Sequence record: OK040170.1
Direction: 5' to 3' (one strand)
DNA: 64,000 nucleotides
Within the stretch, counting starts at the first letter, position 1. Each line of letters begins with the position of its first letter. The notes beneath the pieces were generated by a model. That model searched no databases, was not told the DNA's origin, and saw only the letters and a program-made list of their open reading frames with translations. The translations under genes were made by a program, and so were the position numbers. Positions 17,451 through 27,601 of the stretch are shown in pieces.

Positions 17451-17929
17451 GTATTAAGAAACAGATCTTACAGGTTCTGACTAACTCCACTATGTCGGAT
17501 AGCGATAAAATTACCGCTGTTCGGGAATTAGTTGACACGATTCCACCTGGGACAAAAGATACAGTAGCCATCATGGTCGCTCCTAATTGCGTCCATAAGC
17601 TATTCCGTTTAACCAACTTTAGAGAACTTGAAGAGATCGTCATCGATAACATTATCGTAGACGGGCACTCTTTAGGTGCCATGGTTCCTGTCGTGTTTAA
17701 CTCAGTTACTCACGCCTCTGGTATCCATACGCAACGTATCACTGTCCAAACTCTGAAATACGGGCAGATTGCAGTAAGGGTATCGGTGGGGTTACAACGC
17801 GGTATCGTAAACGTCAAAGTCGAGCGTACTCCTACTGCAGTCGTTAATAACTATCTCGGATTAGATTCCACTCAGGATGTTTCCGAGTTACCGGTATCGG
17901 CTCTGTTGAAAATCACCGGATTCCGTTGA
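17447..17929 (+). CDS. Hypothetical protein
   Basis: ATGA overlap. Confidence 0.65.
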   Translation: MSIKKQILQVLTNSTMSDSDKITAVRELVDTIPPGTKDTVAIMVAPNCVHKLFRLTNFRELEEIVIDNIIVDGHSLGAMVPVVFNSVTHASGIHTQRITVQTLKYGQIAVRVSVGLQRGIVNVKVERTPTAVVNNYLGLDSTQDVSELPVSALLKITGFR

Positions 17930-17937
17930 GGTAAAGA

Positions 17938-18222
17938 ATGGCAACTTATAGCAACACTTTCTCCGTATCCTTCGAGTTCAAAGACTACAAGTCTAATACT
18001 CGGGATATCTACGTAGAGCACCTGGTAATGGACTGGGGCGTTCCAAAACGTAAACTGGACCGAATGTCTGTCCGTCAACTTAAATCGCTCTACGAGCGTC
18101 TGAAGACCGGTTATAAGGCTAAGACGAAAACGCGTAGTGCGGTTAAACAATACGGTCGTAACGCTGACGTCGTAGTCATGGGCAAATACATGGATACGGG
18201 GATGACAAATGGCTTTTGTTAA
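17938..18222 (+). CDS. Basic hypothetical protein
   Basis: RBS GAGG. Confidence 0.65.
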   Translation: MATYSNTFSVSFEFKDYKSNTRDIYVEHLVMDWGVPKRKLDRMSVRQLKSLYERLKTGYKAKTKTRSAVKQYGRNADVVVMGKYMDTGMTNGFC

Positions 18223-18616
18223 CGTCGTGAAGGTAAAGTCACCACCGGTCAAAAAGGAACGGAAAGAACCAGTACCGTTCCTCCGTATCAGCGCTAAACA
18301 GGGGACCTGTATGTTATCCCCTGAATTCTTGGCGTCGTTTGAAGAAGAGTTTGATAGCATTAATTTCTATTTCGACGAGTGGACTAACGAGTTTCGTTTC
18401 AAGTTAGGGACGGGTCTACTCACGAGGATTAAAGCCGGTGGCAACTTCTACATCCCGTCTAAGATATCTCGTGATATTAACGGTAAACACACTCGCTACC
18501 CGGAAAGTCATTACGGGTATCGTGGGTGGTGTCGGTCGTTTTATTACAAACTATCTTTGAAAGATGACGGGTATTGGTACGGCGAATATATCGGTCGCCA
18601 TAACCCTAACAAGTAA
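18209..18616 (+). CDS. Hypothetical protein
   Basis: Overlaps the previous gene; aromatic and basic. Confidence 0.65.
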   Translation: MAFVNVVKVKSPPVKKERKEPVPFLRISAKQGTCMLSPEFLASFEEEFDSINFYFDEWTNEFRFKLGTGLLTRIKAGGNFYIPSKISRDINGKHTRYPESHYGYRGWCRSFYYKLSLKDDGYWYGEYIGRHNPNK

Positions 18617-18625
18617 GGAAATGGA

Positions 18626-19507
18626 GTGGAAAGTATTAAAGTTAATTACGGTACCCCGGATGTTTTAATTCCGCTTTGGGAAACCCCAGAGTTGTCAATT
18701 ACTGAAGCCATGGGGGAAGATTCATTAATCGTACTCAATGGCGTGGAAACAGAATTAGGTTCTGTACGCGACTACTTAGCATTTGAACGCTTGGGGTTTT
18801 GCGGCTGCGGTCTGCCTGATGAGGTGGACCGATTTTGGGTAGATCAAATAGTCTCAATCGATAGCGATCAGGAAACGATCGATTACATTGGTTACGCTGG
18901 CGGGTTGGAATACTTTATCCAAACTGCAATTCGGCATAAAGCACTTGATGATAAATTAAAATTAACCCCGTTTGGTAAGTTGTTAGTTCTGATCATCCGA
19001 GCGCATTATGATCAGACCGTAGATGAAGAAGACCAGGAACCTACTCCTGTGATTACGCACGTAGTCAGTAAAGCCGATTCGTTCGAGAATGTTCAGGACA
19101 AAATCGACTACTTCTTACTCCGTGCGTTGGTAGTTCCTGGGATCATTCGTAACATGGAATTACCTAACGATAGTTGGTCGAAAACCTATGAGCAGCGCCA
19201 AGGTTCGGATCCAATGAATCTTTCTGACGGTGTTTATTACTGGGTATTTCATTCGTTAGGGGACTTAGGATGGGAGGAACATGGGGGATCTGCTCCAGGC
19301 TGGCTTACTTCAGACGGGGAGGATAAGTTGTGCGAACTTATCCGTCGTTTTGGTATTGATGAACTCTCTATTTTTTCACTTATTGAAAAGGGTTTTACTT
19401 TCAGAGAGCATCGATCAGATTACCTGACCCAATTCATACCTGAGTTTGAAAAGAAATACCCTAATGTAGACTGGAAATATATTTATCGCTTAAAAGATAA
19501 ATTATAA
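18626..19507 (+). CDS. Hypothetical protein (AT-rich codons, CGCG motif)
   Basis: 293-aa ORF; RBS AAGGA. Confidence 0.7.
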   Translation: MESIKVNYGTPDVLIPLWETPELSITEAMGEDSLIVLNGVETELGSVRDYLAFERLGFCGCGLPDEVDRFWVDQIVSIDSDQETIDYIGYAGGLEYFIQTAIRHKALDDKLKLTPFGKLLVLIIRAHYDQTVDEEDQEPTPVITHVVSKADSFENVQDKIDYFLLRALVVPGIIRNMELPNDSWSKTYEQRQGSDPMNLSDGVYYWVFHSLGDLGWEEHGGSAPGWLTSDGEDKLCELIRRFGIDELSIFSLIEKGFTFREHRSDYLTQFIPEFEKKYPNVDWKYIYRLKDKL

Positions 19508-19555
19508 ACCCTAGTTAAATCTAAGAAACCTGAATAACTTATAAGGAATACCATA

Positions 19556-20134
19556 ATGTTTGACAAAACCAAGCTCCACCCTAAACCAATTCATCGTGGC
19601 ACTAACAACTTTTACCTGCACTGGCGTTATGGTATTCCTCACCATACTCGCACCGGGGTAAAAATAAATAACGGCGATGTTATCGACGGAGTCGAGTTCC
19701 GTGTCACGATAAACGATGATGGCAGCTATTCATCGGCAGGTCCGATAATTGATGGTATGGTTCATGGCGAATGCTGTCCGGTTGTAGAGGATGCATTTGT
19801 TGTAACTACTTACAACTATAGCCATGATACCGACCTTAGTCTGGAAAGGACAGTTGACTTACTCCAGTACAGCAAACGTACTATCATCGTTGGTTACAGC
19901 TCTGAGATCGCTAAGTTGAAATCAATGCTTTCTCCAGAACAATTTAAGTTGGCAACGTTCCACGTCATTCATGACATGTGTACTGTAGACGACTTCAGAA
20001 GGGGTGTGAAGCGTGCCTGTAACAATCCAGGCAAACACCCAATGGTCTTCCTGGGATGTCTTCAAGAGGCAGTTGGTGCCGCTATGGCCGGTATCTCCGA
20101 TATCGAGAACGAACACTACATCTTCATCTGGTAA
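19556..20134 (+). CDS. Hypothetical protein
   Basis: RBS AAGGA; terminator follows. Confidence 0.7.
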   Translation: MFDKTKLHPKPIHRGTNNFYLHWRYGIPHHTRTGVKINNGDVIDGVEFRVTINDDGSYSSAGPIIDGMVHGECCPVVEDAFVVTTYNYSHDTDLSLERTVDLLQYSKRTIIVGYSSEIAKLKSMLSPEQFKLATFHVIHDMCTVDDFRRGVKRACNNPGKHPMVFLGCLQEAVGAAMAGISDIENEHYIFIW

Positions 20135-20142
20135 CAGCCAGG

Positions 20143-20172
20143 GCCAGGGGTTAATTCCCCTGGCTTTATTTT
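20143..20172 (+). terminator. Intrinsic terminator
   Basis: GCCAGGGG-TTAATT-CCCCTGGC followed by a T-rich run. Confidence 0.75.
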
Positions 20173-20226
20173 TTTGTACGTACCGAACACTATTTATAGT
20201 TAACTTAATTAACCGAGGTAAGTTAA

Positions 20227-20619
20227 ATGAGCCTTGTATTGAAATTAGCTACTCTACCTAAACCTGACCTGAATAACATCACTCGTCAGTGGATTAATAT
20301 CTCGAAAGAGTTCGATGCCGGGATGATTAGCGATGAGCTTTTCTACCATCGCTTCGAAGAGGTAGCTACGGCCAAAACACCAGATTTCCTTTTGTTCATC
20401 CAGGACTGCTATTCTAAATTCCACAACGAGTCGTATGCGTCCATACCGGACGGAAATGGTTTTGCTGTTCACCCAGACTTACTGAAAGCATTGGGCGATT
20501 TGGAAGCGAACGGTATTACTGCTATTGCCGACCAGGAGTTCATGAACGCCATTAAGAAGTTGGCTAATGAAGTAGACCACAGCAAGACCTGGGTATTCTT
20601 CTACGTCGAGAAGAAATAG
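20227..20619 (+). CDS. Hypothetical protein
   Basis: RBS GAGG. Confidence 0.7.
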   Translation: MSLVLKLATLPKPDLNNITRQWINISKEFDAGMISDELFYHRFEEVATAKTPDFLLFIQDCYSKFHNESYASIPDGNGFAVHPDLLKALGDLEANGITAIADQEFMNAIKKLANEVDHSKTWVFFYVEKK

Positions 20620-20620
20620 A

Positions 20621-20890
20621 ATGCGTACTCTCTCTTATTACTCCGCTATGGATCAGTCCCCCGCCAAGTTTAAACGAGCTAGTCATACACTCTCTTTCCT
20701 TTCTTTTAAGACAACGGTTCCGTTCAGAATCATTAATCGGCTCACGCTGAAGAACGCGATTAAGTTGGCTAAGAAAGAGGGTTATAACTCGGATAAGGAT
20801 TGGCGAGAGTATCCGTGTAAATGGCACCTGCGTCCAGATTACGAACTGGAGCAGTGTGCATGTGAACCACCATGTAAAGGTACAAAATGA
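20621..20890 (+). CDS. Basic hypothetical protein
   Basis: Fills the gap; ATGA overlap with the next gene. Confidence 0.55.
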   Translation: MRTLSYYSAMDQSPAKFKRASHTLSFLSFKTTVPFRIINRLTLKNAIKLAKKEGYNSDKDWREYPCKWHLRPDYELEQCACEPPCKGTK

Positions 20891-21312
20891 TGAAAAGTAA
20901 AGTAATCTCCGGATTCCCTGGCGTAGGTAAAAGTACCCTGTTCAACACTGGGTTAAACTGCTCGGACTCAGATTCCTCTAAGTTCGATAAGAGCCTATTC
21001 CCTGGTAATTACATTTCCCATATTCAGAAACTATTAAACTCAGGGGAGCTGGACTTTGTCTTTGTGTCTTCACATGAGATCGTTCGCGATGCACTTATTT
21101 CGGCAGAGATTCCGTTTACTCTCGTTTATCCGTGCCTAGAGGCAAAAGCGGACTTCATCGAGCGTTATAAGTCTCGCGGATCGCCAGAAGGTTTTATCAA
21201 TCTTTTGGACAATAACTTCGAATCGTGGGTTCGGGAGTGCCAAGCGCTTAATCACCCGTTAGTCACAAAGATCGAGCTAGCGCCGGGTCAATTTTTATCC
21301 GATGTTATTTAA
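20887..21312 (+). CDS. Small P-loop NTPase / nucleotide-kinase-like protein
   Basis: 'VISGFPGVGKST' Walker A at the N-terminus; directly upstream of thyA. Confidence 0.7.
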   Translation: MMKSKVISGFPGVGKSTLFNTGLNCSDSDSSKFDKSLFPGNYISHIQKLLNSGELDFVFVSSHEIVRDALISAEIPFTLVYPCLEAKADFIERYKSRGSPEGFINLLDNNFESWVRECQALNHPLVTKIELAPGQFLSDVI

Positions 21313-21324
21313 CAGGGGAAAGAG

Positions 21325-22179
21325 ATGCAGCAGTATTCTGATTTAGGTAACCGCATCATCAACGAAGGTATTTGGATTGAGAACCCACGTACCGGCGTTA
21401 AATGTAAAACTGTACTGAACCACACGTTCGTCTATGACGTCGGTAACTGTGAAGTTCCGGTGGTCACTACGCGTAAGGTTCCTTACCGTGGCGCGTTCGG
21501 TGAGTTCATCGGTTATCTTCAGGGTAAAGACAGCGCAGCCGATCTGCGTGAACTGGGTAGCAAAACCTGGGATGGTAATGCTAACGAAAACAAATCGTGG
21601 TTAGCTAACCCTAACCGTAAAGGTGAAGATGACCTCGGTCGTATCTATGGCGTCCAAATGAGGGACTGGGTTAACCAATTTGGTGAGCATTTCGATCAGT
21701 TGAAGAAAGTCATCAATAACCTGAAACAAGGCATTGACGACCGGGGTGAAGTCGTGACGTTCTGGAACCCAGGCGAATTCGACTACGGCTGTCTGCGCCC
21801 CTGTATGCACACGCATACCTTCTCTATCTTCGACGGTAAACTGCACATGACTTCAGTCAGTCGCTCAGTGGACGTTCCGCTGGGCTTACCGGCTAACATG
21901 ATGCAGTGTTACTTCTTCCTGGATCTGGTTGCCCGTCTGACCGGCCTGGTTCCTGGTAAGGTAACTCACCACATGATCAACGTCCATGTCTACGAGAACC
22001 AGTACGATCTGTTCGTTGAAGAAATGAAACGTCCGGTCATGGAATCCAACGCTACTCTGTGGCTAGATCCTCGGTTACTTCTGGCGGGGATTGATGGTAT
22101 CGATACGCTGACCAAAGAGTCTGTCGTATTAGAAGACTACTCAGCTCATCCACCGATCAAATATCCTTTCACCGTTTAA
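21325..22179 (+). CDS. thyA: Thymidylate synthase
   Basis: 'PVVTTRKV', 'DLGRIYGVQMR', catalytic 'LRPCMH', 'RSVDVPLGLPAN', 'NVHVYENQ'. Confidence 0.95.
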   Translation: MQQYSDLGNRIINEGIWIENPRTGVKCKTVLNHTFVYDVGNCEVPVVTTRKVPYRGAFGEFIGYLQGKDSAADLRELGSKTWDGNANENKSWLANPNRKGEDDLGRIYGVQMRDWVNQFGEHFDQLKKVINNLKQGIDDRGEVVTFWNPGEFDYGCLRPCMHTHTFSIFDGKLHMTSVSRSVDVPLGLPANMMQCYFFLDLVARLTGLVPGKVTHHMINVHVYENQYDLFVEEMKRPVMESNATLWLDPRLLLAGIDGIDTLTKESVVLEDYSAHPPIKYPFTV

Positions 22180-22189
22180 CTGTCATATT

Positions 22190-22214
22190 CCGTAGGGGTA
22201 TTTAGCCCCTACGG
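22190..22214 (+). terminator. Terminator-like hairpin
   Basis: CCGTAGGGG-TATTTAG-CCCCTACGG. Confidence 0.6.
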
Positions 22215-22239
22215 TTACTGTCTTAATAGGGAGTACATT

Positions 22240-22971
22240 ATGGGCGCAGTATTCGATATTAGTTTCAATCAGGATACCGTTGTTCAAGGTATTAAGATTA
22301 ATAAGGGCTACGACCAAGTTCGCCATGACTTAGGTTTCGGTTTGATTACTCTGGATGCTACCGGTAAAATAACCGGCGGTTATGGTGAATGCGTTACTGA
22401 GGAAACTCTGACTAAAATGACCGGTGTCCTCGATTGTACCGATCGTCAGTATTTCTTCTACAAGGGTCAATTGTTGTTCCCGCAAGCAATTGTCTCTTCG
22501 GAGTTCTCTAGACTGTTCGACACGTTTTACAGAGACTTCGGTCCGTGTGTACACGATGGTAAAATCATCACTATGTCGGAAGACGGTGCTGAGTATTTCC
22601 TCAGTGCTCTGAACCACTACCGTAAAGCTCTGAGCACCGATTACAAAGTGAAAGGTACTTTCGAGCTCTACTTCCAAAAAGATAACCCGTACTTCAACAC
22701 CGGGTTCTTTGGACGTGCTCCTATCGAAGAGTATTTGGAAGATCTCGATAAGTTAAGGGAATATTACCAGACCGGCACCGAGAATTGGCGCATCGGCACG
22801 GTAGTTAAAGAACACACCGTTGAAGAGATGTTTGAGTTGCTTCGTCAGAAGTGGGGCGATGCTGATGTCAACACGACTAAAGTCAAAGCGATTGGCGGCG
22901 GGTTCTGGGAGCTCATGCGCTCGGAAGGCATTCCGGAATTCTCATTTGACGGCGAAATTAAATTATATTGA
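22240..22971 (+). CDS. Hypothetical protein
   Basis: RBS GGGAG; 243 aa. Confidence 0.7.
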   Translation: MGAVFDISFNQDTVVQGIKINKGYDQVRHDLGFGLITLDATGKITGGYGECVTEETLTKMTGVLDCTDRQYFFYKGQLLFPQAIVSSEFSRLFDTFYRDFGPCVHDGKIITMSEDGAEYFLSALNHYRKALSTDYKVKGTFELYFQKDNPYFNTGFFGRAPIEEYLEDLDKLREYYQTGTENWRIGTVVKEHTVEEMFELLRQKWGDADVNTTKVKAIGGGFWELMRSEGIPEFSFDGEIKLY

Positions 22972-23047
22972 CCTGGTCGACAGTCTGTTTATCAAACAGA
23001 CCGAACTATGATGCGATCATCGCTTACTAAAAAATAGGAAGTGTGTA

Positions 23048-23908
23048 ATGAAATACAGAATCGATACCAATATCCACAACCCGGCCCAACCAATTTCCAT
23101 CATCGTGGATCATGGCGATAAGGACTGGCGCAAGAAGGCTTTCAATACCCTGGTGGAAAAATACGAACTGCAGGACGTAGACGTCAGGGATGCAATTAAT
23201 CCGATTCTCACAATGTGCGAAGACGGTAACAGCTGTTCTGGTCACATTGCTTTTGCGCCAAGTGGATGGAACATGGCGTACACGATCACTCGTCTCTTGG
23301 GTGAAGAAGGTTGGAACAATCTGCTCAACGCCATCTCAGCTGAACCAGCACCAACTGATGAACTGAAGGAACTGATGAGTAGCCCTCGTCGTTACGTTAG
23401 ACACGATCCTAAAGTAGTGACTATCGAAATCACTGGTCAAGCACGCGCCGGTAAAACATCGGTCGCTGCTATCTTGTATCGCTTACTGGAAAGCGCCGGG
23501 GTTTCAACTACCCTGCAGTCCGATGATCTGTCAGTTGTCAGTGAAACACCAGACATCATGGCAGCTGTAGCTCGCTTGAAGGCGACTGGGTCTAAGGTAG
23601 TGATCAAAGACCTGCCAAGTACTGGCGATGCTCTTAAGATGGTATATACCGTCCCTGAGCTGATCCAAATGCTTCGTGAACTTGAAGGTGGCGCCAGTCT
23701 ACTGATCCGCGTAGCTGAGAACGGCACCCTCTATCGTGAAGAGTACGAGTATACCCCGGTAGAAACGTTCAATGCGCTTCTCGACCTGTCGCTGATCGGT
23801 TACGCCGGTAACCCGCACCATGGTTCCGTTGAACTCACTTCACTGGGTCAAGTTGTATTCGATCAGTACACTGCGTTTATCGCCGATGAAGAAGACGAAG
23901 AAGTATAA
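23048..23908 (+). CDS. Multidomain protein with an internal P-loop kinase-like domain
   Basis: 'IEITGQARAGKTSVA' Walker A in the middle of the protein. Confidence 0.6.
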   Translation: MKYRIDTNIHNPAQPISIIVDHGDKDWRKKAFNTLVEKYELQDVDVRDAINPILTMCEDGNSCSGHIAFAPSGWNMAYTITRLLGEEGWNNLLNAISAEPAPTDELKELMSSPRRYVRHDPKVVTIEITGQARAGKTSVAAILYRLLESAGVSTTLQSDDLSVVSETPDIMAAVARLKATGSKVVIKDLPSTGDALKMVYTVPELIQMLRELEGGASLLIRVAENGTLYREEYEYTPVETFNALLDLSLIGYAGNPHHGSVELTSLGQVVFDQYTAFIADEEDEEV

Positions 23909-23916
23909 GTCATAAC

Positions 23917-23946
23917 AGCTAGGGGTTTTCCCCTAGCTTTTTATTT
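23917..23946 (+). terminator. Intrinsic terminator
   Basis: AGCTAGGGG-TTTT-CCCCTAGCT followed by a T run. Confidence 0.75.
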
Positions 23947-23959
23947 TTTGGAGCAATGT

Positions 23960-24403
23960 ATGTTTGAATGGTTAAAACGTTTGATTCAAAAGGATTATTA
24001 CCAACGTAAGTTAGAGATGAATATCCGACTTTGGACACTGCATTTACGTGACCACAGAGGAACGGACTGTTATACGTTCACAACGAGATTGGATGCCAAT
24101 CCTCGGTTCCACAAGTACGGTGAGAATCATACTCGTAACTATTATTACAACCTGGCGTTAGATGCATTTACCCGGATGCGGGACAACGGTAGGTTGAAAG
24201 AATTCAAGTTAACGGAGAGCTCTGATTACATTCGCTGCTACTACCGTTTTCCCACTAAGTCAGGTACAGTACATCACCACTACATCTCGCTCGCTTACTT
24301 TGACGTCGTTGATTTTGCAGTTGAGATGGATGCAATCATGGATTTCAGTAGGGTCACCAAACGTAACGTCAGATTCGGTTACCTTAGCACGAGGTATTTT
24401 TAA
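23960..24403 (+). CDS. Hypothetical protein
   Basis: RBS GGAG; ATG 23960 preferred over the track TTG. Confidence 0.6.
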   Translation: MFEWLKRLIQKDYYQRKLEMNIRLWTLHLRDHRGTDCYTFTTRLDANPRFHKYGENHTRNYYYNLALDAFTRMRDNGRLKEFKLTESSDYIRCYYRFPTKSGTVHHHYISLAYFDVVDFAVEMDAIMDFSRVTKRNVRFGYLSTRYF

Positions 24404-24619
24404 ACTCTCGTTAAGTAAATCGTAAAACTAACTTTTTGCATCTTTGTTTGGGTTGTATTTCAACATGGCTAACCCTTCGGTTTAAGATAAGTCATCATAG
24501 AACAGGTCGGAGTCTGATTATTTTTTACGGGTCTAATGGTAGTATGAAGCTAACCCTCAAACCGTTAGCCGTGGGGAGAATAGTTGGAGTGGTTAACCCC
24601 ACTCCAACCTATTTAACGT

Positions 24620-24637
24620 CTATATTACCTTTTTGAA
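24620..24637 (+). promoter_or_regulatory. Early-type phage promoter
   Basis: CTATATTACCTTTTTGAA. Confidence 0.7.
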
Positions 24638-24673
24638 TAGCAGTTCAAATTAACCTAAATAAGGAACACTAAA

Positions 24674-25180
24674 ATGACTACTCTAGAATCCCGTAAAGAA
24701 GCTCTGAAACACTTCATCCAGTCTCCAGCTACCGCTGAAGCCATCAGTGAATTCCGTCGCGATGAAGATCGTAAAGTTGGTAAGTTTATCGATACCGTTA
24801 TGGGTGATGTGGAACGTGCGATGGGAGTCATGTTTACTGACCTGGCTTCGATCTCCGCCACCGCCTGCCTGGCTGACAAATGGGCGGTTCACTCAAACCA
24901 AGGTGGCGAATCCTATTTCAGCTACAAAGCAGAAGTGGCGGGTTACACTGTCATCGGTACTATTGAAGTTAACTCTACTGTTACCTTCAGAATCAAATAC
25001 AACGAAGAAGATTACAGTCGTATTACTTCCGGTGTATGTTTCTGCGCTATGCATCGTACCGAAGTTATCAAGCAACTCGAAGCTCTCCTCACACTGCATT
25101 ATCCGGATATCGCAGTAATGGTAGATACGCCAAAGATCGACTTCACTAACGAAGCCATGAACAAAACCATCCGTCAATAA
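24674..25180 (+). CDS. Hypothetical protein
   Basis: RBS AAGGA; first gene after an early promoter. Confidence 0.75.
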   Translation: MTTLESRKEALKHFIQSPATAEAISEFRRDEDRKVGKFIDTVMGDVERAMGVMFTDLASISATACLADKWAVHSNQGGESYFSYKAEVAGYTVIGTIEVNSTVTFRIKYNEEDYSRITSGVCFCAMHRTEVIKQLEALLTLHYPDIAVMVDTPKIDFTNEAMNKTIRQ

Positions 25181-25193
25181 TTCTAAGGAGAAA

Positions 25194-25727
25194 ATGATGG
25201 GAACTTATATTTACGCAGAGTCACAATGTAAGAAAGGTAAGACCTGGGTTGATACTTACAGCTCCTTCGGTCCTTTAAAAAGTAGCGAGCTTAGCCAACT
25301 ATTTGGTTGGGGTAAATCAAATTACCTGGCCGATGAGGTAGGCTTTATCCTTTCTAAACACAACGGTGCGCCGGAGGTTTTATTCTCATCTGAGTTTGAG
25401 TGGGATTACGACTACGCTCGTAACTGGTTTATGGGCTCTGAATTAATTGCTCTGATGGATTCGGGTAAGACCATTCCTCGTCGCGGTTATCTTTCCCGTA
25501 AGGAATTCTTGACCTGGGACGGGAAAAGTGAATTGGATAGCTACTCAGGCAACGCTTGGGGCAAAACCGTCCATATGGCTGCGGCGAATAAAGTGGATGA
25601 TTACGATTGCGTTCTGGTTACCTGGGAAAGTACGCTTAGTTCGGTGTTAGGCACCTTCGGCACTTTTGTACGTGAAGAAGTTGCTGAGCATGGCGATGTT
25701 CGTATCGTTTATGGTTTCGATCAATAA
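25194..25727 (+). CDS. Hypothetical protein
   Basis: RBS AAGGAG. Confidence 0.7.
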   Translation: MMGTYIYAESQCKKGKTWVDTYSSFGPLKSSELSQLFGWGKSNYLADEVGFILSKHNGAPEVLFSSEFEWDYDYARNWFMGSELIALMDSGKTIPRRGYLSRKEFLTWDGKSELDSYSGNAWGKTVHMAAANKVDDYDCVLVTWESTLSSVLGTFGTFVREEVAEHGDVRIVYGFDQ

Positions 25728-25742
25728 CTCCAAGGAGGAGAC

Positions 25743-26183
25743 ATGACCCTTTTAGCGCGCTACATTAAAGCTAACGAACCGGCACCTAAAGTGGATAAGG
25801 ATGAGGAGTTTATCGAGAAGGTAAAACTAAACGCCTCGCTGGTAGTTATTGGGTACGTAACTGATATCTACGAGTCGGCCAAGAAACTCATCGATGAGAA
25901 GTCCAATCCGCTTTATTGGACAATGTCCGTCAATGAGGAGAAAAACGAACTCACGGCGAAGAGTCGTAATACTTTCAAACGCGAAGGTATTACTTTCGAT
26001 GTTGAGATAATTATCGTATCCCAGCCCGATAAAGAAAGTCTCATTGTCAAGTACGGCTTTGATGATGAGAAAGTCAAGTACATCGTTCAATACTACAGCG
26101 CTGACATAGAGGCGCTGATTGAATCGACCTTGGCGATGTCGAACTATAATTTCAGTAACGTGGAAATCGAGTTCCCTTATTAA
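25743..26183 (+). CDS. Hypothetical protein
   Basis: RBS AAGGAGGAG. Confidence 0.7.
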   Translation: MTLLARYIKANEPAPKVDKDEEFIEKVKLNASLVVIGYVTDIYESAKKLIDEKSNPLYWTMSVNEEKNELTAKSRNTFKREGITFDVEIIIVSQPDKESLIVKYGFDDEKVKYIVQYYSADIEALIESTLAMSNYNFSNVEIEFPY

Positions 26184-26200
26184 AGGTGGAGGATAATAGC

Positions 26201-26596
26201 ATGGGTTTAGATATTGATTTTTGCAAAGTACCAAAAAGTGCAGTTGATCCCAAAGTCGTGGAAGTACACGAACGTTTCGGTGCACTCAGTGAAAATGGCT
26301 GTAGTTACATGATAGATTACCCTCGTTTGTCCGATAACCCGGAGAAAGAAGAGATTCAATATTACCGCAAGTGGCACGACGTTAGAAATACCATGACGGG
26401 GTTGTTTGATGCTACCAACCAATGCGACTACTATTTATTGACTAAGGAAGATGTCGCACTACTACTTGAGAACGTTGAGAATAGCGATGGCTGGTTGCTT
26501 GAATCTGAGCGAGTTGAATTTATCGCCATGATCAAGTCTAAACTTCTCGACTTCCCGTTCGATACCCACTATCTGACATACTCCTGGATTTCTTGA
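26201..26596 (+). CDS. Conserved phage hypothetical protein
   Basis: RBS GGAGG before ATG 26201. 'MGLDI...YYRKWH...C...LTKED' family pattern. Confidence 0.7.
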   Translation: MGLDIDFCKVPKSAVDPKVVEVHERFGALSENGCSYMIDYPRLSDNPEKEEIQYYRKWHDVRNTMTGLFDATNQCDYYLLTKEDVALLLENVENSDGWLLESERVEFIAMIKSKLLDFPFDTHYLTYSWIS

Positions 26597-26625
26597 TTTA
26601 ACCGCAAATAGCTAAAGGTCTTAAA

Positions 26626-26910
26626 ATGGCAAGGTCAGTTCTCTTTATCGCAATCCCGGTTATCGTTGTCACCGCTGTTGGTTATTACCAAAACCTCACT
26701 GCAAACACCAAGATCACATCGGAGATCGAATCGATGGGATACAAAGGGGTTAACTTGATGCAGCGTACCATGGACTGCTCAAGGGGTTATAGCGGGGAGA
26801 TCTTCACCGGGACTAGCGAAAAGAATGAACGTGTCTATGCAGCTTTCTGCACAGCAGATAACCAACCTCCGTTCATCGAGGTGATCCGTAACTCTGGAGA
26901 AATAAAGTGA
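26626..26910 (+). CDS. Membrane-anchored exported protein with a Cys pair
   Basis: N-terminal TM/signal segment; 'DCSRG...AFCTAD'. Confidence 0.65.
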   Translation: MARSVLFIAIPVIVVTAVGYYQNLTANTKITSEIESMGYKGVNLMQRTMDCSRGYSGEIFTGTSEKNERVYAAFCTADNQPPFIEVIRNSGEIK

Positions 26911-27587
26911 AAACCGTAGAGAAGAAGATTCGATCAGAGCTTCAAATTGCAAACTACGAGCGTTACTTCGGTGACCATTCCGTAGAACACGCACGTAAGG
27001 TCGCAGAGCTGGCTACTCAGTTGGCCGAATTCCGCTGGACTGGTCATTGCCCGGAACGCGTAGTTTCTCAATATCGTTCATCTGATTATTGGGAGCGTCT
27101 GCTGGATATCAACTACAAAACGTATTGTCGTCTGGTTTCCAGTGACCATTACAAATTCATCATGGACTATCTGTTCAAGATGGAGAACGCAGCCGGGAAC
27201 TATCGTGAAGCTACCAAAACGGCGATCAAAGTCTTCTACGCCATCTCCGGATATTCTCAGTTCGAAGACCTGACGGATGTCGAAAAAGCATCGATTCCGT
27301 TCATTGTCAATATGGACATCTGGCGCCGTAATATCATTGCGAGCGATTTCAGTTTCTCCGCTGAATCGGCCGAGTTCCTGGAAACATTTGTAGATCCCAT
27401 CTACGTCGGCATGGATACGTTCCAGTTCGATGAAGACAACGACGATGAGTCGTGGGGTATCGCCAAGGTAACTACCGCTAAAGAGCTACTGAGCCTGATG
27501 GTTGCAGTTAGCCGTTTCATCCTCAAACAGGATGAGGCGGAAGCGCAGGAACTCAACGGTCATGGGTTCCCTGATCGCATTGGTTGA
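26907..27587 (+). CDS. Hypothetical protein
   Basis: GTGA overlap; 226 aa. Confidence 0.7.
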   Translation: MKTVEKKIRSELQIANYERYFGDHSVEHARKVAELATQLAEFRWTGHCPERVVSQYRSSDYWERLLDINYKTYCRLVSSDHYKFIMDYLFKMENAAGNYREATKTAIKVFYAISGYSQFEDLTDVEKASIPFIVNMDIWRRNIIASDFSFSAESAEFLETFVDPIYVGMDTFQFDEDNDDESWGIAKVTTAKELLSLMVAVSRFILKQDEAEAQELNGHGFPDRIG

Positions 27588-27601
27588 TTAAAACGTCATA
27601 G

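Noticed and set aside
21325-22179. thyA as a base-modifying hydroxymethylase
   Set aside because: It keeps the dUMP-specific Asn in 'RSVDVPLGLPAN'. With dut, folA and tdk present it fits ordinary dTTP supply, and no glycosyltransferase or modification cluster was seen.
24436-24636. 66-aa TTG-start ORF in the gap
   Set aside because: No RBS, and it runs through a hairpin and an early promoter.
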